Shown: piece by piece, positions 10,502 through 20,176 of the stretch | Position numbering within the stretch: the stretch's first letter is position 1 | How the letters are laid out: each line of letters opens with the position of its first letter | Source of the DNA: a virus | Strand: one strand, 5' to 3' | DNA length: 64,000 nt | Virus record (IMG/VR): IMGVR_UViG_3300042463_000890 | Span: 22,649-86,648 of that record | The notes under the pieces: model-generated | The model's database searches: none | The model's input: only the letters and a program-made list of their open reading frames with translations | What the model was told of the DNA's origin: nothing | Program-made: the position numbers and the translations under genes

Positions 10502-11320
10502 TTAATATAATTTTTTCTTTCCTCCAGCAGTTGAATAAGTTTTAAGTATCGGTTCTTTTTCAAAATGTTGTTTCATTTTTTCTAAATTTCTAACATCATC
10601 ATCTGAAAATCCAATTGTAGGTAAGAAATTATTAGATACTTTGTTCTTTAAAAAAGCTTTCTTTTGAAGGTGGGAAGCCATATCTCTAACATACGAAATA
10701 AATTCTTTCATCGCTTTAACTTTACCTTCTTCAGGATTTGTTGCAGAACCTTCTCCATAACTTACAGGGTAAAATTTACACATATCTAAATACTCTCTAA
10801 TCATTTCTCTTGGGGAAGACTCCTCTTCGTCCGTTAAATTTCTATATTTTGTTAAATTTTTAACCAACTCCTTTGCAGATATCCCTCCTGTATTTGAGAC
10901 AATTAAATTATAAACTGCCTCTTTTAATACATTTGGTGTATGTCCTCTTGCAGTGATTATGGAAAAAATAGACCCGTTATTTATCGCCTCCACAAAATCA
11001 TCCCATGCAGGTCCTTGCTTTGCCGTCAAAGAATCTACAATAAATTGTTTATCTCCTTTAACCCCAAAATATCTAAACGGTTCTTCTGCAAAACCTACTA
11101 TGGTATGACCTTCATACTCAAATGGTTCTTTACCTATTTCAGTTCTATATTCCGCAAAGTCTTCTGTTGACATACCAACTTCATTACCACCTTCGTCTTT
11201 AAGGATTATCTTTGTTGGCATAACCATAATATTATCATCCCAGTCGAATGAATAATATTTCATGTCAGGAGTACCCTCCTCATCAATTCCCTCTTTAAAA
11301 ATTCTTCTATTAACTTTCAT
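10502..11320 (-). CDS. HAD-superfamily phosphatase-like protein
   Basis: Motif I FDWDDN, motif II ITARGH, Lys, motif IV GFSDDD. Confidence 0.7.
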   Translation of the reverse strand: MKVNRRIFKEGIDEEGTPDMKYYSFDWDDNIMVMPTKIILKDEGGNEVGMSTEDFAEYRTEIGKEPFEYEGHTIVGFAEEPFRYFGVKGDKQFIVDSLTAKQGPAWDDFVEAINNGSIFSIITARGHTPNVLKEAVYNLIVSNTGGISAKELVKNLTKYRNLTDEEESSPREMIREYLDMCKFYPVSYGEGSATNPEEGKVKAMKEFISYVRDMASHLQKKAFLKNKVSNNFLPTIGFSDDDVRNLEKMKQHFEKEPILKTYSTAGGKKKLY

Positions 11321-11334
11321 ATAATTAAATGGCT

Positions 11335-11360
11335 AAAAGGTGGGGAATAAACCCCACCTT
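11335..11360 (-). terminator. Hairpin/terminator after the sheath gene
   Basis: AAGGTGGGG-TTTATT-CCCCACCTT-TT on the minus strand; short U tract. Confidence 0.6.
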
Positions 11361-11370
11361 ATTTTTTGTT

Positions 11371-14300
11371 TTAGATATTTTCAAACGACGCTCCTGTTGG
11401 AGTAATGTAGAATGTGATATCAATGAATTCAAGTGACTTAGTTGGTTTGATGTAAATCTTACCTGTCATTTGGTTTCTATCTAAGTCAGCAGCATCTGAA
11501 GAAACTGTTACACGGAAATCGTATACCCCTCTGTCTCTTCTAATTGCGTCTAAGATAGGATTCACCGCATTTAAGAAGTCTTGTCTTACTTTCTCGTCAT
11601 TCTGTTCGAATAGTAATCTTACAGAAACCGCTGAAATCAACTTACGAGCTTGTAGTAACAATCTTCTAACGTTTATTCTGTCAAGTGCAGACTCTCTAAT
11701 CTGTAAAGTTTTGTTACCCCAAATAACCGTACCAACATCAGAGAAAGTAGCGATTGGGTTAAGTCTACCTTTATATAGAGTATCTCTATCTTCTTGAGTT
11801 AACTTCTTACGTGCTTTAATTGCGTTTACTATACCACGAGTGTAACCCGCTGATGCGAACCATGGGAAAGCGATATTATCTGTTAACGCTAAGTTTCTAC
11901 AAACTTCAGCAGTTGCTGGAATGTAAATCTGAGTGTTATTTACAGTATCACGAGTTAGAACCCAAGGGTAGTAAGTACATGTATAGTTAGAATCGATTCC
12001 CGCAGTTTCTAAGTTGTCAACCGCTTCTTGAGGATAAATCAAGTCTAATTGGTCACCTGTTTGAGGTACAAACATATTGTAGTCAGGTGTAGTACAGATG
12101 TACAAGGAATCCGCTCTATCGTTTTCAACCATGTCAATCGCGGTACCTACCAATCCTGGATGATTTAAATAATCAATACCTGGTGTTACAAATACGTTAA
12201 TATTAACCGCTTCAGGATTAGCAAAAGTTCTTTGTCCTAATAAGTATGCGTAGTAGTCAGTGTTTGCCCAATCTTGAGTATTGTCACCAACTGTGATTTG
12301 TTTAAACGCTCCCCACCCTGATGCAGTTGGGTATCTAAACGAAGGACACGCTCCTTTTAAATAACCTGACCTACCTAGAACAAAACGGTCTTGGTTGGTT
12401 CTATATTCTCTGTAAATATCCCAACCGTCAAAACCTCCTGAACATAAGAATGAGAACTTACGTGCGAATAATCTATAGTATTGGTTAGTTTCATCTTCAG
12501 GGTCTTGAGTAAATTCAGATGCTCCAACAAAGAATGCTGGTGTTCCACTTGTACTAAATGCTCCTGAAATTGTAATTCCACTTGCGTTTTTATCCATGTG
12601 GTAACCTCTAGTTTTGTATGCCCATTCATCACCTGAAACATCAGTACAAACATCCAATGGTAATTGTTTACCTTTATAAGTGTAAAAATCAACGTCAAAA
12701 CCAATAGTGTCAGAAATACCCAAATATGTTCTTCTCACATTATCTCCTGCACTTCTTACGATATCGTCCGCTCCTGAAGATAAACCAAATGGTGGGTTAT
12801 AAACAACCTCACCTGGGAAGTCATATTTAGTTTTGTATATTGGGAATGGAGGTCTAAGACCTGCGTATTCTCTAAATGCGTAACCTTGGAATCCACAAGG
12901 TAATGCGTCTACAGGAGCGTCAGGATTAAGTTCCAACATTATAAATTTAGAGTTTAATTCATATTCACCGTCTACTGAACCAACTTTTTTACCAACGAAA
13001 TTGTTGTTACTTGGGTCAAGTGAACAGTTAGTGAATTTTTCTAATACTGTAGGTGCTGAATCAGAGTCAAAGAAATCTCTAACAAATAAATCAAATGTTC
13101 CGTTTCCAAATGAAATGTTAGCAATTGAAATCTTAACCTCGATATTAGCCGCGTCACCGTCAGCGATTGTTGTTACTTTGAACAGGTTGTAAACTTTATT
13201 ACCTCTAAGTTCAGATACAACCCAAGGTGACATAGGTGATTGATATTTTTCAAGGTACCACGCGATTGATGTAGGGTCATTACCTTGTCTTGCGTCAGGT
13301 AAAGCGGTTAAACTACAATTTAATCCTCTAATGTATCCTTTTCTCCATGCGTAATTTAATAACGCTTGGAACCTTTCTTCGACAAATAAAGGAACTTCTC
13401 TTCTTGGTTTTGCGAAGTTAGATGCTCCAAACACTTTAGAAAGATATTTAGGGTCTGAGTTTTGGAATGATGTTTCAAAGAAGAAACTTTGACCATCATT
13501 ATTAGTTACGTTTAGACCAAAAGTTGCATATGGGTTTTTAGTAACCGCACTATAACCATTTGTACAATCCATTGATACGTCAGTTAATCCTGTAACTTCG
13601 TATACCGCTCCGTCATCAGAAGAATACGTTGCCAATCCTCTTGAACGGAATGTTGCGATTACTAAATCGTCATAGTCAGTGTAAGCAACACCATCAAACA
13701 CATATAATGTACCAATCAATTTACCTGTGTAACAATTTACAGGAACAGGTGAAGGTGTTGGTGTTACATTAGGAAGTGGTGTTGGAGATATACATGGATT
13801 AACAGGTGATGGTGAAGGTGTTGGTGTGGTTAATGGTACTGTTGTTGTAGTTGTAACAGGTACAGGTTGTAAATCTGATACAACACTAAAGAATGAGAAT
13901 CCACTATAAATTGCGTTTCCTAAGTTATCAAAAGTTGCATAATACCATGGGTCGTTTTGAGATGCACAATAATTAATCTCAGAAGCGTTAACGTTCTCAA
14001 CACCGAATACGTTAGTTTCCGCGGTAAATGTTGTTGACAACGCACTATAAACATCTCCTGAAATTGGTCCGTAGTAGTAAATAGAAGTTGCCTCTGTAGA
14101 TGGAGTTCTTAACACATCAAAAATTTGATTAATCATATTTTCATATAATGTAGAAGTACTACCATCAAAATTCTCATATGGTAAATATAATTTTTCTAAA
14201 AGGTAATCAGGAATGTCTGCAGTGTCTAAGACAATGGTCGATGAATTATTTGTACATCCTGTAAAGTCAATTGCATAATCTATAGTTAGATATTCATCAC

Positions 14301-14703
14301 ATTGTTCAACACAGTTTACAGTGGTGCTAGACAAACAATAAAAATCAACCGTACTACAGTCAACGTTAGCCTTTGTACTTATAGACCAAGAAGGTCCAGC
14401 GTCGTAACCCGAAAGTCCTAAAACTCTAGTTACAAACAACTGATTAGATTGTTGTAAATATGATTTAGCAATGTATGCCGCCTCATACTTAGGAATTTGG
14501 GTGTTTATGAATTTCTCTGGAGACGTTCCTCCAAAATATGTAGAGAATTCATCAAAGTTTCTAATAAAAATAGGTTCAAATGCAGGTCCTTTAATTGTTT
14601 CACCCACAATACCTAAAGTAGTAACCCCAACGCTTTGGGCTACGAAACTTAAATCTACTTCTGATGTATATACCCCAGGGGATACGAATACTTTGTTTGC
14701 CAT
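11371..14703 (-). CDS. Contractile tail sheath protein (T4 gp18-like) with a Cys- and Thr/Pro-rich insertion
   Basis: N-term VSPGVYTSEVDLS...GETIKGPAFEP; C-term PWFASAGYTRG, NPIATF, WGNKTLQ, LDRINVRRLL, IYIKPTKSLEFIDITF. Confidence 0.95.
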   Translation of the reverse strand: MANKVFVSPGVYTSEVDLSFVAQSVGVTTLGIVGETIKGPAFEPIFIRNFDEFSTYFGGTSPEKFINTQIPKYEAAYIAKSYLQQSNQLFVTRVLGLSGYDAGPSWSISTKANVDCSTVDFYCLSSTTVNCVEQCDEYLTIDYAIDFTGCTNNSSTIVLDTADIPDYLLEKLYLPYENFDGSTSTLYENMINQIFDVLRTPSTEATSIYYYGPISGDVYSALSTTFTAETNVFGVENVNASEINYCASQNDPWYYATFDNLGNAIYSGFSFFSVVSDLQPVPVTTTTTVPLTTPTPSPSPVNPCISPTPLPNVTPTPSPVPVNCYTGKLIGTLYVFDGVAYTDYDDLVIATFRSRGLATYSSDDGAVYEVTGLTDVSMDCTNGYSAVTKNPYATFGLNVTNNDGQSFFFETSFQNSDPKYLSKVFGASNFAKPRREVPLFVEERFQALLNYAWRKGYIRGLNCSLTALPDARQGNDPTSIAWYLEKYQSPMSPWVVSELRGNKVYNLFKVTTIADGDAANIEVKISIANISFGNGTFDLFVRDFFDSDSAPTVLEKFTNCSLDPSNNNFVGKKVGSVDGEYELNSKFIMLELNPDAPVDALPCGFQGYAFREYAGLRPPFPIYKTKYDFPGEVVYNPPFGLSSGADDIVRSAGDNVRRTYLGISDTIGFDVDFYTYKGKQLPLDVCTDVSGDEWAYKTRGYHMDKNASGITISGAFSTSGTPAFFVGASEFTQDPEDETNQYYRLFARKFSFLCSGGFDGWDIYREYRTNQDRFVLGRSGYLKGACPSFRYPTASGWGAFKQITVGDNTQDWANTDYYAYLLGQRTFANPEAVNINVFVTPGIDYLNHPGLVGTAIDMVENDRADSLYICTTPDYNMFVPQTGDQLDLIYPQEAVDNLETAGIDSNYTCTYYPWVLTRDTVNNTQIYIPATAEVCRNLALTDNIAFPWFASAGYTRGIVNAIKARKKLTQEDRDTLYKGRLNPIATFSDVGTVIWGNKTLQIRESALDRINVRRLLLQARKLISAVSVRLLFEQNDEKVRQDFLNAVNPILDAIRRDRGVYDFRVTVSSDAADLDRNQMTGKIYIKPTKSLEFIDITFYITPTGASFENI

Positions 14704-14828
14704 TATTAATTTCTTTTTTTAGCTATTGATTTATTTTTATTGATAAATATTAGATAAAAAACCAAAATACTTTACTTTGTAGTAACTATTTATAAATTGG
14801 GTAGAATAAATTCTGCCTTTTTTCTACC

Positions 14829-14990
14829 ATGTCTGACAATAAGAAAATAAAGAATTTAAAGATATCAGTTGAGGTTCACGATATACTTAAAAAATATTGT
14901 GATAAAAAGGGAGTAAAGATGTATAGGTTTTTAGAAAAACTTATAACTGATAAATGTAAAGAAAAACCTGATATATACGGGGAGAATTAA
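14829..14990 (+). CDS. 53-aa ribbon-helix-helix-like DNA-binding protein
   Basis: MSDNKKIKNLKISVEVHDILKKYCDKKGVKMYRFLEKLITDKCKEKPDIYGEN*; strand-helix-Gly-helix pattern; TATTTATA upstream; not in the ORF track. Confidence 0.7.
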   Translation: MSDNKKIKNLKISVEVHDILKKYCDKKGVKMYRFLEKLITDKCKEKPDIYGEN

Positions 14991-16024
14991 ATTAGATTAA
15001 TAAACAACTCTAATTTAGACTCTAAAACATCGTCATTTTTTTCTATTATAATTTTTAACACATCGTTTGTGTTAATTTGAATTTCACTAACATCTGAACC
15101 ATAATAATCGTTGTTAATATAAACATCAAAAGTATTAATATTTTCACTTAACCCGACAAGGATATTCGCGGTATAATTAAATAATTGAGACAAGGTTGTA
15201 TTACCAATAACAAAAATTAAATTTTCAGTAAAACTTGATGGGTCATCATCTTTTTTAACTTTTCTTTTTGTTGTTCTAGTATCAACTTCCACAACTTGTA
15301 GTAGTCTATTTATTGCAGGAGACACCTCAAATTCATCTTCATCAATTAAAAACCCTAACATAGTAAATTCATAACTTTGGATATAATATTTTCTTTTCTC
15401 AGCATCTAAAACAGATTCATCAGAAATATTATTCATAACTATTGGGATATAATGTCCTTTAATTACTTGATAGGCTTGTCTTGATGAAAATTTCTCTAAA
15501 ACAATTTTATTAAACTTATTTAATTCCCTCATTCTGTTACAAAGTATTTTAACTTGATAAGTAATATCGACAGGAACAGGTTGAGGTATTTTATATATGT
15601 CCATACCATGTCTATTACCATCCCATGTAGGAACTTGAGCATAAAAATATTGTCTTCTATTTGGTATGGTATATAATAAAGACGGGTTTGTACCATACTT
15701 AACTTCGGGAACTCTTACCGTTGTAATAAAAGGTAATTCAACATTTTTGTCTAAATTTTGTATATCCCAAGTTTCAGTAAACTGAGACCAATTTTGAGTT
15801 GTAACAATTATATCTATAGTCGGGACTGTTTTCCCTTCAACACTTAGTTTTAACTCGTCTTTTACAAAATCTAAAAACCCCCTATCCAAATCAGCGTGTA
15901 AAATAGATTTTGGCAGATATGTACCATCTTTATTAATTTTTTCAACTAATTCTTCCCTTCTAGGTAAAAGAGTTTTAGATGAGGTTAAAGGTATATTCTT
16001 TTTTATTTTTTTTGGTAATGGCAT
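14987..16024 (-). CDS. Tail terminator / sheath stabiliser-like protein (T4 gp15-like)
   Basis: PVPVDITYQVKILCNRMRELNKFNKIVLEKF and YEFTMLGFL segments; upstream of the sheath. Confidence 0.55.
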   Translation of the reverse strand: MPLPKKIKKNIPLTSSKTLLPRREELVEKINKDGTYLPKSILHADLDRGFLDFVKDELKLSVEGKTVPTIDIIVTTQNWSQFTETWDIQNLDKNVELPFITTVRVPEVKYGTNPSLLYTIPNRRQYFYAQVPTWDGNRHGMDIYKIPQPVPVDITYQVKILCNRMRELNKFNKIVLEKFSSRQAYQVIKGHYIPIVMNNISDESVLDAEKRKYYIQSYEFTMLGFLIDEDEFEVSPAINRLLQVVEVDTRTTKRKVKKDDDPSSFTENLIFVIGNTTLSQLFNYTANILVGLSENINTFDVYINNDYYGSDVSEIQINTNDVLKIIIEKNDDVLESKLELFINLI

Positions 16025-17514
16025 TATTTTAAAATTTGAGGCATTTCATTAAAAATCGCCATTGTCTTTGAAACGACTTTGTAATTACGATTATCAAAAA
16101 TTAATATCTCATCATTTTTTGAGAAAGCTATTTTATCTACTTTTTTACCTGAATAATCTCTCATACCATAAGTATTAATTGTAAACACCCCGTTTTTATC
16201 GGTATAGGAAGATAAAGGTTTTATTTGATAACTAACACCGTCAATTATAACATCAACACCTCCCCATCTATCCATTTTAGAACCAAAAGGAAAATATACA
16301 ACGTTATTGGTATTCATTTTATTTAAAAACTTGTCAACCGAATCCTTTTCTAATTTAAATCCCCTTTCAATTGATTTCCATTGTCTATCAACTAAAAGTT
16401 TGACAAAGTTTTTATCTTTTTTAAATAGTTTTACCATCCAATCAACAATATCCCCTTCAAAAACATCATCAAAATATTTTAAATAAATTAAATTGTGTAT
16501 TTCTTCTTTTGTATCAAAAAAATTCATTATCGACCAATCTTCTCTAGGGTCCCCAATTTTACTACCTATTGTGTGTATACCTCTCAAACCTGGTGAAAAA
16601 ATGGGTGTCTCCGCTTTCCAATGTCTAGGAAAAGCTTTTTCTAACGCAGTTCTAATATTTGATGAAGTTATACCAATCTCTTCTGTTTTTTTAACTCCTT
16701 GATATTTCGGGTATGCTAATTCAAAATTTTCTTTAGTTATTGCAATAGTATTTTTTTCAGGGTTTATTATTAAATCCCCTTTGTTAAAAATGAAATCTCC
16801 TGACGCTCCTTCAATCTTTATTTTTCCATCAATTGGGTCGGGGTCATTAACTGGTAGAACACTATTAAAATAATATCTTTTAGTTGTGCCTTTTTCAAAA
16901 AGACCTAATGTGGTGTAGGTATATTTTGTCGGTTCTGATTCAGAGGTTTCTTCAGACTCTATCAATCTACTTGACACAATTTCAGAAATTACAAATAATT
17001 TGTTTTTTTGATTTATCATGTCAACTTCCTTGGCGGTATAAACAGGTTCTTCAGTGTCTTTATAAACAAACGAATCATATTTATATGGGTTATATGTAAC
17101 AATTTTACTTGACGATTCTTCAGGTATGTTATCACAAGGATATTCACAATAATCTACTAAAGTACCAATCACAAAGGCGTGAACATTCTTTGACATTTCT
17201 TGTCTAACACGTTGTTTCCCGCCCTGTCTAACTCTAAACTCAACATTTTTAAGTTTTACATAATCGGCATGTAAAATAACTTTTGACTTATATGTTACAG
17301 AAAATGTGTGTTTATGTAAATTATAATAAACCATAACTTTTTTACCTCGGTAATCTTCTTCAGAATTGTTATGACCACATTTATGACAAATAAACGGGTC
17401 ATTACCACCATCACTTAAGTCCCAAGACCAACCACAATTATCACAAATAACTTCTTGATTAGAAATTTTTTCTAATAATTTTGTTTTTTGTTTTTCTGTA
17501 ATTAATATTTTCAT
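16024..17514 (-). CDS. Multidomain protein: leader, Zn ribbon, conserved phage domain, C-terminal PD-(D/E)XK-like nuclease
   Basis: MKILITEKQ leader; CDNC...CHKC; VYYNLHKHTFSV...KNVHAFVIG; GFKLE...DRWGGVD...YQIKP. Confidence 0.55.
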   Translation of the reverse strand: MKILITEKQKTKLLEKISNQEVICDNCGWSWDLSDGGNDPFICHKCGHNNSEEDYRGKKVMVYYNLHKHTFSVTYKSKVILHADYVKLKNVEFRVRQGGKQRVRQEMSKNVHAFVIGTLVDYCEYPCDNIPEESSSKIVTYNPYKYDSFVYKDTEEPVYTAKEVDMINQKNKLFVISEIVSSRLIESEETSESEPTKYTYTTLGLFEKGTTKRYYFNSVLPVNDPDPIDGKIKIEGASGDFIFNKGDLIINPEKNTIAITKENFELAYPKYQGVKKTEEIGITSSNIRTALEKAFPRHWKAETPIFSPGLRGIHTIGSKIGDPREDWSIMNFFDTKEEIHNLIYLKYFDDVFEGDIVDWMVKLFKKDKNFVKLLVDRQWKSIERGFKLEKDSVDKFLNKMNTNNVVYFPFGSKMDRWGGVDVIIDGVSYQIKPLSSYTDKNGVFTINTYGMRDYSGKKVDKIAFSKNDEILIFDNRNYKVVSKTMAIFNEMPQILK

Positions 17515-17807
17515 TTTTTCTTTCTAACTTTATTAAATCCCCTTCTAATTTTATCATTATATTCTCCCCCTACAATCGTTAAAAAATTGTATCTTTCAAA
17601 ATCAATGTCAGGGTACTTAGTTTTAAATATTCTACTAACTCTTTGTATCACCCAATTTTCATAAACTCCAAAGTTGTCAGGTTTATTTCCTGGCCCACCT
17701 TGTTTAATGTCGTCATTCAAACTATCAATAGCATAATTAACAAATTCACCTATTTCATATATTCTTCTTAATACACCAATCTGATTTTCTGTAATTATTA
17801 TATTCAT
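17511..17807 (-). CDS. Hypothetical protein with an MNIIITENQ leader
   Basis: 98-aa ORF overlapping both neighbours. Confidence 0.6.
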   Translation of the reverse strand: MNIIITENQIGVLRRIYEIGEFVNYAIDSLNDDIKQGGPGNKPDNFGVYENWVIQRVSRIFKTKYPDIDFERYNFLTIVGGEYNDKIRRGFNKVRKKK

Positions 17808-18322
17808 TATAACCCTCTAAATTCATTGTCAATAACCGCCGATGCGGTAATTGTTCTGTAAAATGGTTTATACCCTGCATAGGTATGTTTGTTGTCAGAT
17901 ATTACACGACCATCATTATTTACAGTATAATACCTAACTCTATTCTCAGTTTCATAATATCCAATATAATCTCCATAGTTTATATCAATACCTAATTCAT
18001 CCAATTGTCTTTGATAGATTGATATTCTGATGTTACCAGGTTCGGTTTGATTTATTTTAGAATTTCCTAAGTTTTTATTTTCAGGGGCTGAAATTTGTAC
18101 AAATGCTTTAAACTCAACAGGGGGTAAAAATTTTACACCATCTTTTACAGTTTCACCATAAACATCATCTGTTTTTGTTTTTAATCTATCTACCCTGTAA
18201 AGGACTAAAGTAAAGTTCATATCACCATATAACCACTCCTCACCTATTGAGAGGTCTAAGTTATAATCTTCGGCACCGAAAAACTTACCTATTCTTGTTA
18301 TTGGAACTTTATTTGTTGACAT
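17807..18322 (-). CDS. Head closure/neck protein (T4 gp14-like)
   Basis: LYRVDRLKTKTDDVYGETVKDGVKFLPPVE...DINYGDYIGY. Confidence 0.6.
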   Translation of the reverse strand: MSTNKVPITRIGKFFGAEDYNLDLSIGEEWLYGDMNFTLVLYRVDRLKTKTDDVYGETVKDGVKFLPPVEFKAFVQISAPENKNLGNSKINQTEPGNIRISIYQRQLDELGIDINYGDYIGYYETENRVRYYTVNNDGRVISDNKHTYAGYKPFYRTITASAVIDNEFRGL

Positions 18323-18373
18323 ATTGATAAATATCCATTCAATTGTTATTTTTATTAAAACGTAAAACGAATA

Positions 18374-20134
18374 GTGTCTGAAAATATATCAAATCTAATT
18401 GAACAGAGAGCACTTTCAATCTTGGATTCATATTCAGGGGCGAATAACTATATACTAAAATTAAAAAATCAGAAAGATAATAATAAAAAATTTTATCCGA
18501 CTAGGTCTCAATCAGACTATATTATATCTTTTCATGATAAGTCCCCAAAAGTAGGAAAAAAATGGGTTGACTTGGACCCTTATTTCGCAAAGAAAATCGC
18601 AGATGAAAAACTCTACATGGAAATTCCAAAACAAATTTGGGTAGAGAAATTATTAGCCGAAAAAGAAAAATCATATCATATATGGGGTAAAATATTCGAG
18701 TCTCAAGAAAACCATGATTTTTGGGTCCCTAAAGCCGCGTTATTAAAAACCCATAAAGTTGAAAAGATTGATATAGATTATTCTAAATATTCTCATAGAC
18801 CTCCTCTTGAGCACCAAAAAGAAGCTATTGAAAAATTAGCAGGGTCAAAGAGATTTATTTTAGCGGATGATATGGGATTGGGTAAAACTACATCAACGAT
18901 AATCGCCGCTTTAGAAAGTAATGCGAAAAGAATATTAATAATTTGTCCTGCATCACTTAAAATAAATTGGGAAAGAGAGATTAGAAATTATACCGATAGA
19001 AGTGTTTATATTGCCGAAGGGAAGAATTTTTCAACTGAACATGATTTTGTTATTGTTAATTACGATATTCTAAAAAATTTTTATGATATTAAAGAAAAAG
19101 AACAATCACTAATATATCAATTTGACCCCGAATTAATCATTATTGATGAAGCTCATTATATTCAAAACGCTCAAGCCCAAAGAACCAAACTTGTTAATAA
19201 TTTTTCTAAAAAAGTAGACAAACTTTGGTTACTGACAGGGACTCCAATGACATCAAGACCTATGAATTATTACAATTTATTAAGTCTAATTGAAAGTCCT
19301 GTCGCCCAAAATTGGATGGCTTACGCAATTAGATATTGTCAAGGGTATCAATTTAAAGCTGGTAATAGAAAAGTATGGAATGTGACAGGAGCTTCTAATT
19401 TAGAAGAGCTTAGAGACAGAACCTCCAAACAAGTATTAAGAAGATTAAAAGAAGATGTATTAGATTTACCTGATAAAATAATAACACCTGTATACTTGAG
19501 ATTAAAATCTAAAATGTATGAAGGTTTAATGGGCGAATACTATGATTGGTATGACAATAAAACCGACGAGTCAAATTCATTAACAGTCCAATTTTCAAAA
19601 TTAATGAAAGTTAGACAAGTTATCGCAAATGAAAAAGTCGACTCTACTATAGAATTGGCTCAAAATATAATAGACCAAGACAAAAAGGTTATTATTTTTA
19701 CAAACTTCACTGACACGTTAACAAAAATTAAAGACCATTTTGGTAAACAAGCCGTTTTTTTAGACGGTAGTTGTACTAAACCACAAAGACAATATGCGGT
19801 TGACCAATTTCAAGAAAATGAAAAAATAAAAGTTTTTGTTGGTAACTTAAAAGCCGCAGGAGTTGGTATTACATTAACCGCTGCGGAGGCGGTTATTATG
19901 AACGACCTGTCATTTGTACCATCAGACCACTCTCAAGCTGAAGACAGGTCATATAGATATGGTCAAAAATCTAATGTTTCTGTATATTACCCAATCTTTG
20001 AAAACACGATTGAAGGGATTATTTATGATATGTTAAAAAACAAGAAAAATATATTTGAAACTGTGATGGGGGACAATTTAAACAAGTCTGACATCATCGA
20101 AGAAATGATGAATAAAATTAATACGCTGAGATAA
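18374..20134 (+). CDS. SNF2-family (HARP/SMARCAL1-like) helicase
   Basis: LADDMGLGKT, DEAH, LTGTP, AAGVGITLT, QAEDRSYRYGQ; GTG start. Confidence 0.92.
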   Translation: MSENISNLIEQRALSILDSYSGANNYILKLKNQKDNNKKFYPTRSQSDYIISFHDKSPKVGKKWVDLDPYFAKKIADEKLYMEIPKQIWVEKLLAEKEKSYHIWGKIFESQENHDFWVPKAALLKTHKVEKIDIDYSKYSHRPPLEHQKEAIEKLAGSKRFILADDMGLGKTTSTIIAALESNAKRILIICPASLKINWEREIRNYTDRSVYIAEGKNFSTEHDFVIVNYDILKNFYDIKEKEQSLIYQFDPELIIIDEAHYIQNAQAQRTKLVNNFSKKVDKLWLLTGTPMTSRPMNYYNLLSLIESPVAQNWMAYAIRYCQGYQFKAGNRKVWNVTGASNLEELRDRTSKQVLRRLKEDVLDLPDKIITPVYLRLKSKMYEGLMGEYYDWYDNKTDESNSLTVQFSKLMKVRQVIANEKVDSTIELAQNIIDQDKKVIIFTNFTDTLTKIKDHFGKQAVFLDGSCTKPQRQYAVDQFQENEKIKVFVGNLKAAGVGITLTAAEAVIMNDLSFVPSDHSQAEDRSYRYGQKSNVSVYYPIFENTIEGIIYDMLKNKKNIFETVMGDNLNKSDIIEEMMNKINTLR

Positions 20135-20176
20135 TTCAAAGTTTTAGATTATTTATAGTATATTAATTTTAGCCAC

